DNA of 64,000 nucleotides, taken from positions 1 to 64,000 of the forward strand of contig JALHMH010000005.1 of the NCBI GenBank assembly GCA_022844165.1. The letters are read 5' to 3'. The stretch is from Lysobacterales bacterium (lineage in GTDB: Bacteria; Pseudomonadota; Gammaproteobacteria; Xanthomonadales; SZUA-5). The notes under the pieces were generated by a model. That model did no database searches. It had not been told where the DNA came from and saw only the letters and a program-made list of their open reading frames with translations. Position numbers and translations under genes: made by a program. Below are positions 20,533-30,749 of the stretch, in pieces. Position 1 is the first letter of the stretch. The number at the start of each line of letters is the position of its first letter.

Positions 20533-21561
20533 GTGCCCAACGATGCCGCCCTGCCTTTGCCTTCCAGCGCCGCACGCGACAGAACGCGCGGGCCAGTGAT
20601 CAATTGTGTGGCCTATAACCGCAATGGCAAACGCATCAGCGACATTACCGTCGATGCGATCAGCGATGTGCTCAAGGAACCGGACACCTTCATCTGGTTG
20701 GGCTTGCATGAACCCGACGAAACGTTGCTGCTGAAAATCCAGGAGGAGTTTGACCTTCACGAGTTAGCCATCGAAGATGCACAACACGCGCACCAGAGGC
20801 CGAAGATCGAGGTCTATGACGACACGCTGTTCGTTGTCGTGCACACAGCGCAGTTCGTCGGTGGCAAAGTCGAGTTCGGCGAAACGCATATTTTTCTCGG
20901 CAAGCGTTTTTTGGTGACGGTACGTCATGGCGCGTCGCTCAGCTACGCGCGCGCTCGTTCGATCTGTGAGCAGACACCAGAAATGCTGGCTTTGGGACCG
21001 AGCTTTGGCTTGTACGCAATCCTCGACTTTATCGTCGACAACTACTTTCCGATCGTCTCCAGCTTTGAGGCTGAGCTGAAGGAACTGGAACTGCGCATCT
21101 TCAACGAAAAGTTCGACCGGAACACGATCGAACGGCTGTATTACCTCAAACGCGAACTGGTCACGCTGCGGCTTGCGGTCACACCGATGCATGACATCCT
21201 GAATCAACTCAAGCGTTTTTTTCCTGGCCTGATTCAGGAAGACGTGCGCGTCTACTTTCGCGACGTACTCGATCACGCGGTGCGGATGAGCGAAGCCACC
21301 AGCACGCTGGGCGAAATGATCTCGGCTGCTTTGCAGGTCAATCTTGCGATGGTGTCGGTGGGCCAGAACGAAGTGACCAAGCGCCTCGCGGGCTGGGCAG
21401 CGATTCTGGCCATCCCGACCACCGTCGGCGCTGTTTACGGAATGAACTTCGAGCACATCCCGGAACTCAAATGGCAATATGGCTACCATGTCGTCGTCGC
21501 TGCGACCGTGGTGGCATGCTCTGGCTTGTACTGGCGGCTCAAGAAGGCAGGCTGGTTGTAA
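20533..21561 (+). CDS. corA: Magnesium/cobalt transporter CorA
   Basis: WLGLHEP, LHELAIEDA..AHQRPK, YGMNF..IPELKW; GTG start after GAGG. Confidence 0.93.
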   Translation: MPNDAALPLPSSAARDRTRGPVINCVAYNRNGKRISDITVDAISDVLKEPDTFIWLGLHEPDETLLLKIQEEFDLHELAIEDAQHAHQRPKIEVYDDTLFVVVHTAQFVGGKVEFGETHIFLGKRFLVTVRHGASLSYARARSICEQTPEMLALGPSFGLYAILDFIVDNYFPIVSSFEAELKELELRIFNEKFDRNTIERLYYLKRELVTLRLAVTPMHDILNQLKRFFPGLIQEDVRVYFRDVLDHAVRMSEATSTLGEMISAALQVNLAMVSVGQNEVTKRLAGWAAILAIPTTVGAVYGMNFEHIPELKWQYGYHVVVAATVVACSGLYWRLKKAGWL

Positions 21562-21647
21562 CGATCGGCTGAAGCTACTGCCGACTTGGACGGTCGTTTC
21601 ACGGCATTATCGCGCCTCATGCTTGCTCAACGAGAGAGATAGGTTTC

Positions 21648-22769
21648 GTGCCACAAACACTTTGGTTACGCGCGGCGCCGAATCGCCCTGTCGAGTGGCT
21701 GGTGCGCGATCCGCAGGGACGAATCGTCGCCGGCCCAGAATTGCTGCGCGCAGATTCGGTTCTGCCGAGCGCGGACAGCAGGATCGCCATCTGGAGCGAT
21801 CCCAGTTTGATGCTGCGCCGCGTTGAGCTGCCCAAGTCCGGCCTGGCGAAATGGCGCCAGGGCCTGCCTTATCTCGCGGAAGATTGGATCGCCGGCGACG
21901 TCGCGCAAGTTCACGTTGCGGCACCGACCCGGCTCACCGGGCGCGACACCTTGGTGGCGGTTGCGGACCGCGAGCGTCTGGTGGCGTTGCTCAGCGAACT
22001 AGCGCAATTCGGAATCGACGTGGATCGGCTGGTTCCGGAACCCGCGCTGCTCGGTCCAACGCATGCGGCCGATGTGCTGATCGACGCTCAGTATGCTTCG
22101 TTCTGCAATGCCGAACACGGCGGCACCACCGAAACCGACATGCTCGCGATGCTGGTCGATCCCAATGCGCGCATTCTGATCGGCCGAACGCCGCATGGCG
22201 AGTGGCACGGCGATGGCATCGAATCCGTGCTGCGCTGGGCGTCTTTGCAGCGCATCGACGACACCACGCTCGATCTGCGCTGCGGCGAATTTGCGAAGAC
22301 CCGGCGCGAATCACGTTTTCCGAAAATGCCCGTGCTGGCGCTCGCTGCGGCACTTCTGGTGCACACGCTGGCGCTGGTCTTCGACTGGTATCAGTTGCGC
22401 GGTCAGGTCGCGACGGCGGAAGTGCGAATCGAGACCGCGTTTCGCGATGCATTCGGCCCCGATGAGCGCATGGTCGATCCGGCGTTCCAGTTGCAGCAGG
22501 CCGCTCGCGGCGAAGCAAGCACGAGCCATGCAGGCGCCCTGGCTTTGCTGCAACGCATTGCACCAGTGCTCTCCGGCAGTCGCATGGTGCTGGTGAGTTT
22601 CGAGTATCGCGAGGGCGTTTTGGAGCTCGCGGTGCGTGCGCCGGATGCGTCGCAGTTCGACGGCTTCCGCGAACAACTGGTCAGCAGCGGACTGTCGATC
22701 GAAATGGGCAATACGCAATACGATGCCAATGAATTCACCGGCCGGCTAAAAATTCGGAGCGCAGGATGA
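21648..22769 (+). CDS. gspL: Type II secretion protein L
   Basis: LPYLAEDWIAGDV..VHVA, DLRCGEF, single TM, periplasmic ferredoxin-like domain; coupled to gspM. Confidence 0.82.
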   Translation: MPQTLWLRAAPNRPVEWLVRDPQGRIVAGPELLRADSVLPSADSRIAIWSDPSLMLRRVELPKSGLAKWRQGLPYLAEDWIAGDVAQVHVAAPTRLTGRDTLVAVADRERLVALLSELAQFGIDVDRLVPEPALLGPTHAADVLIDAQYASFCNAEHGGTTETDMLAMLVDPNARILIGRTPHGEWHGDGIESVLRWASLQRIDDTTLDLRCGEFAKTRRESRFPKMPVLALAAALLVHTLALVFDWYQLRGQVATAEVRIETAFRDAFGPDERMVDPAFQLQQAARGEASTSHAGALALLQRIAPVLSGSRMVLVSFEYREGVLELAVRAPDASQFDGFREQLVSSGLSIEMGNTQYDANEFTGRLKIRSAG

Positions 22770-23242
22770 ACGCATGGTGGCGTGGATTGGCCGATCGTGA
22801 GCGAACGCTGCTGCTGGTGGCTGCGGTGGTGATCGGCGTATGCGTTTGGTGGCTGTTGTTGTTGCGGCCGCTCGGCGCTGCGCGCGATGCCTTGGCGGAG
22901 CGGTTGCCGGTGGCGCAGCGCCAGGCGCTCGAGGCCGAAACGGCAGCGATGTCGATCAAGGCACAGCCCGCGCTTGGGCAAATGCCGCGGGTTGGGCGAT
23001 CGCTGCTCGCGATGGCGGACGCCACTGCGCGCGACGCCGGTTTGGGCAAGGCGCTCGACCGCGTCGAACCACAAGGTGAGCGAGAGGTCCGCGTCTGGCT
23101 CAAAGACGCCCATTTCGACGCACTGGCAACCTGGGCCGAACAACTCAATCGCGAGGGCATCATCGTCAGCGAATGGTCAGTGGATCGTGCGCTGGCGCCG
23201 GGCGTCGTGAACGCGCGGCTGGCTTTGAAGGAATCGCCGTGA
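22766..23242 (+). CDS. gspM: Type II secretion protein M
   Basis: WWRGLADRERTLL, TM helix, RVEPQGE..VRVWL...FDALATW. Confidence 0.88.
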   Translation: MNAWWRGLADRERTLLLVAAVVIGVCVWWLLLLRPLGAARDALAERLPVAQRQALEAETAAMSIKAQPALGQMPRVGRSLLAMADATARDAGLGKALDRVEPQGEREVRVWLKDAHFDALATWAEQLNREGIIVSEWSVDRALAPGVVNARLALKESP

Positions 23243-24003
23243 AACGCTGGCTGTTGTGGGGATCGCTCATTTTGCTGGCGCTTGCGGCCGTGCTCGCCGC
23301 GACCTTGCCGGCGGCGGTGGTGTGGCGCCACATCGCACCAAACGTGCCGGATCTTGCGCTCGAGTCGCTCTCGGGAACGGTGTGGCGAGGCGAGGCCGGC
23401 AATGCACGTGTACGCGGTTTCGCCCTAGGCAAACTGCGTTGGCAGTTGGCGCCCTTGAGCCTGCTCTCGGCACCGACTGTGCGCCTGGCGCTCGACGGAA
23501 AGGATCTGGATCTTGAGACGACTGTGCGCAGCAGTGGCACCGACACCGAATTCACCTCGTTGACGGCGACCACCGACGCCGCATGGTTATCGCCCGCGTT
23601 GGCGATTCCCGAGCTGAAGCCGGAGGGCGAATTGGATATCGCCATCGAGCGTTTGCTGATTGGACAAAATGGCATTCCGAGTGTGATCGCGGGCAGCGCG
23701 CGCTGGCGCAAGGCAGCAGTGACAGGTCGCGTGCGCGCCGATCTCGGCGATATTGAGCTGTCGGCGCGCACGATCAACAAAAAAATCGAATTGACTGCAC
23801 GTGACGATGGCCGCGGCGCACTGATCGTCAACGGCAATTTCGAGATTGAGGGCAGTACTTATCGTGGCCGCGTTGCGCTGACACCGCGCAACGCGGATCC
23901 TGCCCTGATAGAAGCGCTGCAGTGGATCGGCGCGCCCCAACCCGACGGCAGCCGTCTGTTGATCGTCGACGGCACCATCCGGGCGACTCAGGTTCAGCTG
24001 TAG
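23239..24003 (+). CDS. gspN: Type II secretion protein N
   Basis: TLPA, SGTVWRGEA, LGKLRWQLAPLSLL; GTGA overlap with gspM. Confidence 0.85.
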   Translation: MKRWLLWGSLILLALAAVLAATLPAAVVWRHIAPNVPDLALESLSGTVWRGEAGNARVRGFALGKLRWQLAPLSLLSAPTVRLALDGKDLDLETTVRSSGTDTEFTSLTATTDAAWLSPALAIPELKPEGELDIAIERLLIGQNGIPSVIAGSARWRKAAVTGRVRADLGDIELSARTINKKIELTARDDGRGALIVNGNFEIEGSTYRGRVALTPRNADPALIEALQWIGAPQPDGSRLLIVDGTIRATQVQL

Positions 24004-24039
24004 CAGCAATCAACGAATACGTCTGTCGGTCTGGCGAAT

Positions 24040-24705
24040 CTAATCCTCCACCGTAAACACCACCGGTACACGCGCCCATACCTCGCGGGCAGTGCCGTCT
24101 TTGACATACGGCTGAAATCGCCAGCGCTTGAGCGCTCGCAGCGCAGCGCGTTCGAAGTTGCCATTGCCAGACGAATTGCCGATGCGCAGTTCGAGGGGCA
24201 GACCATCGGTGCCGACGAGCACCAAGACCTCCACAGAACCGCCGATTCGGCGCGCCTGTTCGTTGCGCGGATAGGCCGGCGGCGGCGCGAACAGCTTGGT
24301 CAAAGCCAATGCCTGGCTGGGATCTGATCCATCCGGCCCGGTATCGACCGTGCTGTCGACTGCCGTTTCTTCCGGATTTGACTCGGTCACAGTCTCCGCG
24401 CTGATCGACGGCGCAACAAACTCTCGCGTGTCGCTCGGCACAACTGGCGTCGGAACAAAGGTCGTCGGTTGCGGTGGTGCGGGTGTAGGCGCGGGCGGGG
24501 GTGGCACCGGCGGGCGCGGTGGCGGCTGTACCTCCGTGAATTCGATCAATGTGGCCACTTCTTGCGACTTAGGCGTCTTCAACTCGAATGCCTGTTTGGG
24601 TAACAACAGAACCGCAAAAACGATGGCGTGAAAAACGAACACGCCCGACAGTGCAAGCACCCGTTTGGCATCCCAACTTTGCCGATACGTCGTCCGCGCA
24701 CCCAT
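24040..24705 (-). CDS. Energy transducer TonB
   Basis: TM with conserved His, Pro-rich linker, PPAYP...GSVEVLVLV...SSG...WRFQP. Confidence 0.9.
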   Translation of the reverse strand: MGARTTYRQSWDAKRVLALSGVFVFHAIVFAVLLLPKQAFELKTPKSQEVATLIEFTEVQPPPRPPVPPPPAPTPAPPQPTTFVPTPVVPSDTREFVAPSISAETVTESNPEETAVDSTVDTGPDGSDPSQALALTKLFAPPPAYPRNEQARRIGGSVEVLVLVGTDGLPLELRIGNSSGNGNFERAALRALKRWRFQPYVKDGTAREVWARVPVVFTVED

Positions 24706-24837
24706 GAGCTTCCCCCTCGTCCACACCGCGATTTGGCGTGATGCCAAAGTAACCGAGGTCATCTTGGACCAGACTCAACGGGAGATTGGGAGTTGTTTAG
24801 GGATCGCCGACGGGCCGTAGCGGGCCAGCAGCAAAGG

Positions 24838-24866
24838 CGTCGCTTCCGGTCGCGCCGGAAGCGACG
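24838..24866 (-). terminator. GC-rich hairpin after the 24883-26190 gene
   Basis: 12-bp perfect stem CGTCGCTTCCGG / CCGGAAGCGACG; only a weak U-tract. Confidence 0.55.
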
Positions 24867-24882
24867 TAGGCGCAACTACGAC

Positions 24883-26190
24883 TCAAGGGCAGCTCAGCCC
24901 CACACCACGATTGAAGGTGCGGGACATGTCGACTGAACCTGGTCCGCCCCAGCCGCTCAACGTGGGTGTGTACGAAACGGTGAGTTGACCACAGTTGGCG
25001 TACCGCAGGCGCACGTTGCCCCAGCTGATGAACTGAACATCCTGGGCTTGGAATGCGCTTCCGAATCGCGCACCGCGGGTGATCGACACGGGCATGTCGA
25101 TATCCTGATTGACGGAACTGCTGTTGAGGGTGGCCACACCGGATAGATACGTCGGATTGCCCGCCGGATCGTAGGTGAACCACGCGAAGAACAGCAGGCT
25201 TCGATCGACAAATGAAGGGTCTGGGTTTCTCACGACTTCGATCATGACACCCTCGCCCGCGCGACGCGGGTTCCACCAGGTGCCACCGAATCCGGCGTCA
25301 ATTCCAATCAACCCCCGCACCGTGGCCGGCACCAGTGTGACCATCGTGCTGCCGCGGGTATTGCTTGCCGCACCAATGCGGATCCAATAGGTGGTACCGC
25401 TCACGGCGTCGAAGCTAACTTCGGCGTCGAGATTTCCATTGACAAAATCGATATCGTCGACGGAGCCGACCAAGGTTAACGCGTTCAACGCGCTGCCCGT
25501 AAACACGTCGACGATCGAGTCGAAGCCAGCGTTAACCGTCCTGATGGTATAGCGCTGCGAACTCGTGGCCGCGAACCGATACCAGGCGGTGCGAGAAGCG
25601 GCTCCCGGTTCGCTGGCTTCCGTTGTCGCAGCGGGCGAATTCAGAAATACGTTGTCACCGACCGACAAAGCAGCAGCGTTGGCGAATAGATCATTCGGTG
25701 GCGGCAGAGCGATCGGAATACCCGTTGGCGTAAACGAATAATTCAGCACGTAGCCACCGCTGTTGACGTTGTTGCGACTACCATCGATGGCCAGATAGTA
25801 CGTACCGTGGCCGAGGATGACTTCGACCGAGCTGCTGAAATTGGTTGCGGAGATATCGTCGTTGCCGCCAACCAGCGCCAGCTCGCTCAAATTTGCGCCG
25901 CGATACACCGCCAGCGTGGTGTCGAATTGCGACCCGATAGTATCGGCGTTGAACCGATAGGGACGGTCAGTATTGATGCGAAACCAATGGCTCTTTCCGG
26001 TTGCAAACGGGCTGATACCGATTTCCCCGAGCTGCGCGGTCGCCGTTGAAGTGCTGCCTTGAATGGTGCCCTGGTCGAGCGGCAGCGTCGCTGTGGTGGC
26101 CCCTAAGGCAAATCGATCTGTCCCCTGCGCAAACAATGGGCCGGCGAGCACGAAGCCGGCCGCGAATAGCAAAGTCAAACGCAATTTCAT
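24883..26190 (-). CDS. Secreted protein with two PPC-like domains and an uncharacterised C-terminal beta domain
   Basis: Signal peptide; repeated W(F/Y)R...FD(T/S)...(Y/F)xG...L.LVG.(N/V)DD modules; C-terminal GTWWNP..GEG.MIE..FAWFTY..GARFG..WG domain. Confidence 0.8.
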   Translation of the reverse strand: MKLRLTLLFAAGFVLAGPLFAQGTDRFALGATTATLPLDQGTIQGSTSTATAQLGEIGISPFATGKSHWFRINTDRPYRFNADTIGSQFDTTLAVYRGANLSELALVGGNDDISATNFSSSVEVILGHGTYYLAIDGSRNNVNSGGYVLNYSFTPTGIPIALPPPNDLFANAAALSVGDNVFLNSPAATTEASEPGAASRTAWYRFAATSSQRYTIRTVNAGFDSIVDVFTGSALNALTLVGSVDDIDFVNGNLDAEVSFDAVSGTTYWIRIGAASNTRGSTMVTLVPATVRGLIGIDAGFGGTWWNPRRAGEGVMIEVVRNPDPSFVDRSLLFFAWFTYDPAGNPTYLSGVATLNSSSVNQDIDMPVSITRGARFGSAFQAQDVQFISWGNVRLRYANCGQLTVSYTPTLSGWGGPGSVDMSRTFNRGVGLSCP

Positions 26191-26416
26191 GATGTCGTTC
26201 CTGGTTGGAGATGGCTGGCGATGACTTGCAATCCAAGGGTGCAAGACAACTCCCAACCCTCACAAACGCAGTCCGACACAAAATCCGGCAGGCAATCCGG
26301 GCGCGCCTGCGCTACGGCAAGCAGCGCTCAAACGTCGGAGCGCTCCCGCCCGACTGCTCCACAATCAAGCTTCGACCGCGAACCGTGCCTGCTGGACCGC
26401 AGCTTCGCCTATCCCG

Positions 26417-27397
26417 TCAGGGCACAATCACCACCTTCCCGACCACGCGCCGCGCGGCCATATCGATGAGGGCTTGCGGAACATCGCTTAACGGGTAGCG
26501 CTTTGAAATCAGTGGCTGGATTTTGCCTTCGCCCATCCAGCGCACCATTTCGAGCATGCCGCGCGCATTGCCTGCAGGCTCGCGTTTGGCGAATTCGCCC
26601 CAGAACACACCGACGAGCGACGCGCCCTTGAGCAGCGGCAGGTTGAGCGGCAACGACGGCACGTCGCCAGTCGCGAAACCGATCACCAGATAGCGGCCGC
26701 GCCAGGCAATGCTGCGAAAGGCCGGTTCCGCGAACTTACCCCCGACGGGATCGAAGATCACATCGGGGCCTTTACCATCGGTCAGCGCTTTCAGTGCGGC
26801 GCGCAGATCGTCCTGTTCGTAGTTGATCAGCGCATCGGCGCCGTGTGCTTTGCAGATCGCCAGCTTGGCAGCATCGCTCGCCGCTGCGATCACACGCGCG
26901 CCAATCGCTTTGCCGATCTCGACCGCCGCCAGACCGACGCCGCCAGCCGCGCCGAGTACCAACAAGGTCTCGCCAGGTTGCAGCGCGGCGCGATCGCGGA
27001 CCGCGTGCCAGCTGGTCCCGTACGCCAACCCGAAACTCGCCGCCAGATCCATCGGCGTGCCGGGGGGCAATGGCAGACATTGCGTCGCATCGATATTGCA
27101 CGCCTGGGCGAATCCGCCGATGCCGCACACCGCCGCAACAGCAGTTCCCACCTTGAGCGTTTCCACCTCAGCGCCAACCGCCTCAACGATACCCGCCACC
27201 TCAGCACCGGGTGTAAACGGCAACGGCGGCTGCATCTGATACTTCTTCTGAATGATCAAGACATCCGGAAAGTTCACCCCGGCTGCTTTGATCCGCAAGC
27301 GCACTTGTCTGGGACCCGGGTCGGGTAACTCGACATCGCTCAGTTGCAACAGCTCAGGGCCGCCCCAGGCGACACATTGGATGGCTTTGATTGGCAT
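26417..27397 (-). CDS. NADPH:quinone oxidoreductase (zeta-crystallin/MDR family)
   Basis: GVNFPD, PFTPGAEVAG, GAAGGVGLAAVEIGK, LPLLKGASLVGVFWG. Confidence 0.93.
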   Translation of the reverse strand: MPIKAIQCVAWGGPELLQLSDVELPDPGPRQVRLRIKAAGVNFPDVLIIQKKYQMQPPLPFTPGAEVAGIVEAVGAEVETLKVGTAVAAVCGIGGFAQACNIDATQCLPLPPGTPMDLAASFGLAYGTSWHAVRDRAALQPGETLLVLGAAGGVGLAAVEIGKAIGARVIAAASDAAKLAICKAHGADALINYEQDDLRAALKALTDGKGPDVIFDPVGGKFAEPAFRSIAWRGRYLVIGFATGDVPSLPLNLPLLKGASLVGVFWGEFAKREPAGNARGMLEMVRWMGEGKIQPLISKRYPLSDVPQALIDMAARRVVGKVVIVP

Positions 27398-27694
27398 ACA
27401 GGCAGGTCCGCGGAGACAGAATGACTGAGACTCTCCCACGCTGCAGCGTTCGCGGCAACCGCTTCTGCGCAGTGGGCGGCCAGGTCCCGTCTGGGCCGGG
27501 TCTACCTCCCGCGGCTCGTCGAACGAATCACGAAGTGACCTGCGCGACCGCCTTGGTTTTGCAGCACCAAAGCGCGATCAACGCGACCTTCGCATTCAGC
27601 GCCATCTACGGATCATATGCTCATGATCGATCCGGTCACGACAGGCCGACTAGAATCACCAGCACCGAACGCAAGAACACACAGGACACAAACC

Positions 27695-28414
27695 ATGCGC
27701 TTGTTCGCCTCACTGATCGCCGCACTCGGCCTGATCGCTTCCGGCGCCAGCATGGCAGCTGATCGGTGGTTCGCGACGCAAAACGCCGTGATCGATATCG
27801 ATGCGACCGGCGCCGTGAGCGAAGTGACCTTGCAACAATCCGGTTTCAGCGCGGTACGACAAGCGCAGTTGATCGAACGCATCAAACAGATCCAGTTCGA
27901 CCCTGCAACGCGCGACGGCGTGGCACATGCCTCCAGGGCACACGTCAGTATTGAGCTTGAGGTCCGGGAGATTGAGTCTGGCCTGGTCATCGCGCTGAGC
28001 GGAGCGCAACTGACGCCGCAAATGCTGGCCACGAAACCTCCGCGCTACCCTGCTCAAATGCTGCGTCGCGGCGCCAGCGGCGAAGTTGCAGTTGAGATCG
28101 CGTACAACGCGCAGGGTCAAGTCGTGTCGGCGAAAGTGGTCGGCTCAAGCTCGAAATCTGATGAGTTCGCGGAGTCGGCGCTGAAGGCGGCGAAGGCGTG
28201 GCGTGTGGTGCCCGAGCAGGTGGGCAATGTTGGCGTTCCGGGTTCAGCAGTGATTCCCGTTCGCTTCACCATAGGCACCAGCGGGGCGCGCCAGTTGAAG
28301 CTCGACGATGGCAGCCGCCTGCAGCTCTTCAAGTCCAGACCGCAGCACGATGGCGAGATGCTCACGTCCAGTGTCGGTATCCGCTCGCTGGACGCGGCGC
28401 GCACGCCGATTTGA
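27695..28414 (+). CDS. Exported TonB C-terminal-domain protein (tandem TonB_C-like)
   Basis: Signal peptide, QFDPATRDG, PPRYP...GEV, AAKAWRVVP...IPVRF. Confidence 0.8.
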   Translation: MRLFASLIAALGLIASGASMAADRWFATQNAVIDIDATGAVSEVTLQQSGFSAVRQAQLIERIKQIQFDPATRDGVAHASRAHVSIELEVREIESGLVIALSGAQLTPQMLATKPPRYPAQMLRRGASGEVAVEIAYNAQGQVVSAKVVGSSSKSDEFAESALKAAKAWRVVPEQVGNVGVPGSAVIPVRFTIGTSGARQLKLDDGSRLQLFKSRPQHDGEMLTSSVGIRSLDAARTPI

Positions 28415-28756
28415 TGACGACAAACACGAATCCGCGCAACGCATCCCAGGCAGCGTTAAGCGAAGTCGATCTGACCCGACATCCAGGCCGCGCGAGTCAG
28501 TTGCGATCCAGCCTGTTCGTGGGCCTAAGTTGGCCAGCCAGAATCCAAGGAACGAATCGGAGCGTCGCGCTCCAGCGAGACCCATAATGCAACCAATGCT
28601 GCGATAGTGTTCCCGGCAAATTGCAAGACTCAAGTCAGCTACGAGTTGGGCGAAAACGTCATTTCGATCAATCTTGAGGCAACGATGGGATTGAGATCGC
28701 GATTCGACGCATTCGATGGAAACTGTTGCTTCTGTCTGATCGAACATTCCGCCGAG

Positions 28757-30655
28757 CTACAACGCGCCACACACCGCCTCCACTGAACTCACTACCGCCC
28801 CACTTTGCACCAGACTGATCGCCCGCTCAATATCCGGTGCGAGCAAGCGGTCGCGTGCGAGGAACGCGATGCCCGCCTGGCGAACAGTATCGAGTGCGGC
28901 ACGCGTGGCGGGCGACGGTTTGGCGTTGCGCAGCGAGCGCAGATCCGATTGCAGCCGCTTGACGTCCTCGGCGAGCGTCATCGAATCGTCGCCCGAGACC
29001 TGCGATAGATTGCGCAGTTTGCTACGCAGCGCTTGCACGCCCAGGTTGCTCGCCAGTGTGTAACTCGCATGCAGCAGCTGCACCCGAAAGTCCAGCGCCT
29101 GGCAATTCACCAATAGCTCCAACGCCAGAACATGCTCCAGGTCGACAAGCATCTCCAACACGTGGCGGCCTTCGGTCGCGCCCATGGAGACGTGGTCCTC
29201 GGCGTTTGCGCTGGTTGGAATCGAGTACACCGTGGCGGGATGTGCCTTGCTCGCCAATTCATTGACCAGCGCCGCAGCGGTGTACTGGACAATCATCATG
29301 CCCGAGTCGGTGCCATCCTCGTTACCGATCAGGAACGGCGGCAGTCCATCGTTGGTGGCTGGATCGAGCAGCTTATTCAGGCGTCGCTCGCTGATCGATG
29401 CCAAAACTGGCAGCACGACCTTCAATTGCGTGAGCGCAAGGGCGATCGGCATACCATGAAAGTTGCCTGCGGAGACCACATGATCTTCGTCTGGCTCAAC
29501 GTCGGGAAAAATCAGCGGGTTATCGGTGACCGAGTTGAGTTCGATCTGGACGATTTCGCGAACGCGCTCCAGCGTATCGCGAACGGCGCCATGGACCTGT
29601 GGAATGCAGCGCAACGAATACGCGTCTTGTGGCTGTGCCTTTTTGCCGCCGCGGAACGGCAGATTCTTCTGATAGAACTTCGATCGCGCGCCGCGCTCGG
29701 CTTTGGGTACGTACTCCCAGCGCACATCGAACGTACGTTCAGCACTTTCGGCACCCGTCCAACTTGTTGCGCTCCAGGGCGCAAACCGCGGTACGCGATG
29801 GTACGGGATATCGACCAGCGTCGACCCGTGTGTCAGGCGTCGAATGGACTCGGCGACGTGCGATTGACCTGGATGCGGCCGCAGCGCATGGACGCGCGGA
29901 TCGAACGCCGCGCTGCGGCCACAAAATGCCTCCAACGCCAGCGCCGCATTGATGTCCGCCTGTTTGACCAGCCGCTGCAACTGACCCAGCGCCAGGATAG
30001 CGCTGGCCAGCATCTGCGCCGTGCCGTTGTTCAACGCCAGGCCTTCCTTGAAGGACAAGGTGATCGGCTCTAACCGGGCGCGTTCGAGCGCTGCCCGGGC
30101 CGACATCCGTTCGCCAAAAGCGAACACATCTCCCTCGCCTAACAAAGCCAGGGCAAGGTGAGACAAAGGCGCCAGATCACCACTGGCGCCAACCGAGCCC
30201 TTCTCGGGAATCACCGGGACAATGTCGTGGTTCAGCAATCCGGACAGCGCCTGCAATGTCGCAACGCGGATTCCGGAGTGGCCTTGCAGCAAAGTATTGA
30301 TGCGGATCGCCAACATCGCGCGCACAATCTCCGGCTTCAGCGGAGCGCCAACACAAACCGCATGGCTGACAATCAAATTGTGTTGCAGCTCCGCTACGAT
30401 CGGTAAGTGGTCGCCATCGCGCTGGCGCCGACGAGTGCTCTCAAGCACACGATCGGCATTCGAGCCGAAACCCGTCGTCACGCCGTAAATCGGCTCGCCG
30501 CGCTTCAGTTCCCTGGCTAGAAAATCGGCGCTGGCTTGAACGCGCTTCAGTGCCGTCCGCGACAGCCGCACCTGACGCTTGTTCAGTGCGATATCGAGCA
30601 CTGCGTCGGTGGTCAGCCGGCGGCCGTCGAGATCAATGGGTTGAACAGTAGCCAT
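28757..30655 (-). CDS. Histidine ammonia-lyase-like MIO enzyme (long form)
   Basis: YGVTTGFG, NLIVSHA, GSVGASGDLAPL (ASG/MIO), KEGLALNNG, QDAYSLRC, EDHVSMG. Confidence 0.9.
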   Translation of the reverse strand: MATVQPIDLDGRRLTTDAVLDIALNKRQVRLSRTALKRVQASADFLARELKRGEPIYGVTTGFGSNADRVLESTRRRQRDGDHLPIVAELQHNLIVSHAVCVGAPLKPEIVRAMLAIRINTLLQGHSGIRVATLQALSGLLNHDIVPVIPEKGSVGASGDLAPLSHLALALLGEGDVFAFGERMSARAALERARLEPITLSFKEGLALNNGTAQMLASAILALGQLQRLVKQADINAALALEAFCGRSAAFDPRVHALRPHPGQSHVAESIRRLTHGSTLVDIPYHRVPRFAPWSATSWTGAESAERTFDVRWEYVPKAERGARSKFYQKNLPFRGGKKAQPQDAYSLRCIPQVHGAVRDTLERVREIVQIELNSVTDNPLIFPDVEPDEDHVVSAGNFHGMPIALALTQLKVVLPVLASISERRLNKLLDPATNDGLPPFLIGNEDGTDSGMMIVQYTAAALVNELASKAHPATVYSIPTSANAEDHVSMGATEGRHVLEMLVDLEHVLALELLVNCQALDFRVQLLHASYTLASNLGVQALRSKLRNLSQVSGDDSMTLAEDVKRLQSDLRSLRNAKPSPATRAALDTVRQAGIAFLARDRLLAPDIERAISLVQSGAVVSSVEAVCGAL

Positions 30656-30749
30656 GATGGGTCCGGGCTCTCTTGAGGACGCCGCTCCCTCGGCGCCTGG
30701 CAAAAGTTCGAAGGTTCCCAGGTGCCCCGGGAGCGGCACCTGTCCGGGG

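Noticed and set aside
28415-28756. Intergenic region with ORF 28244-28747
   Set aside because: Overlaps the TonB-like gene and has no motif; at most a decayed fragment
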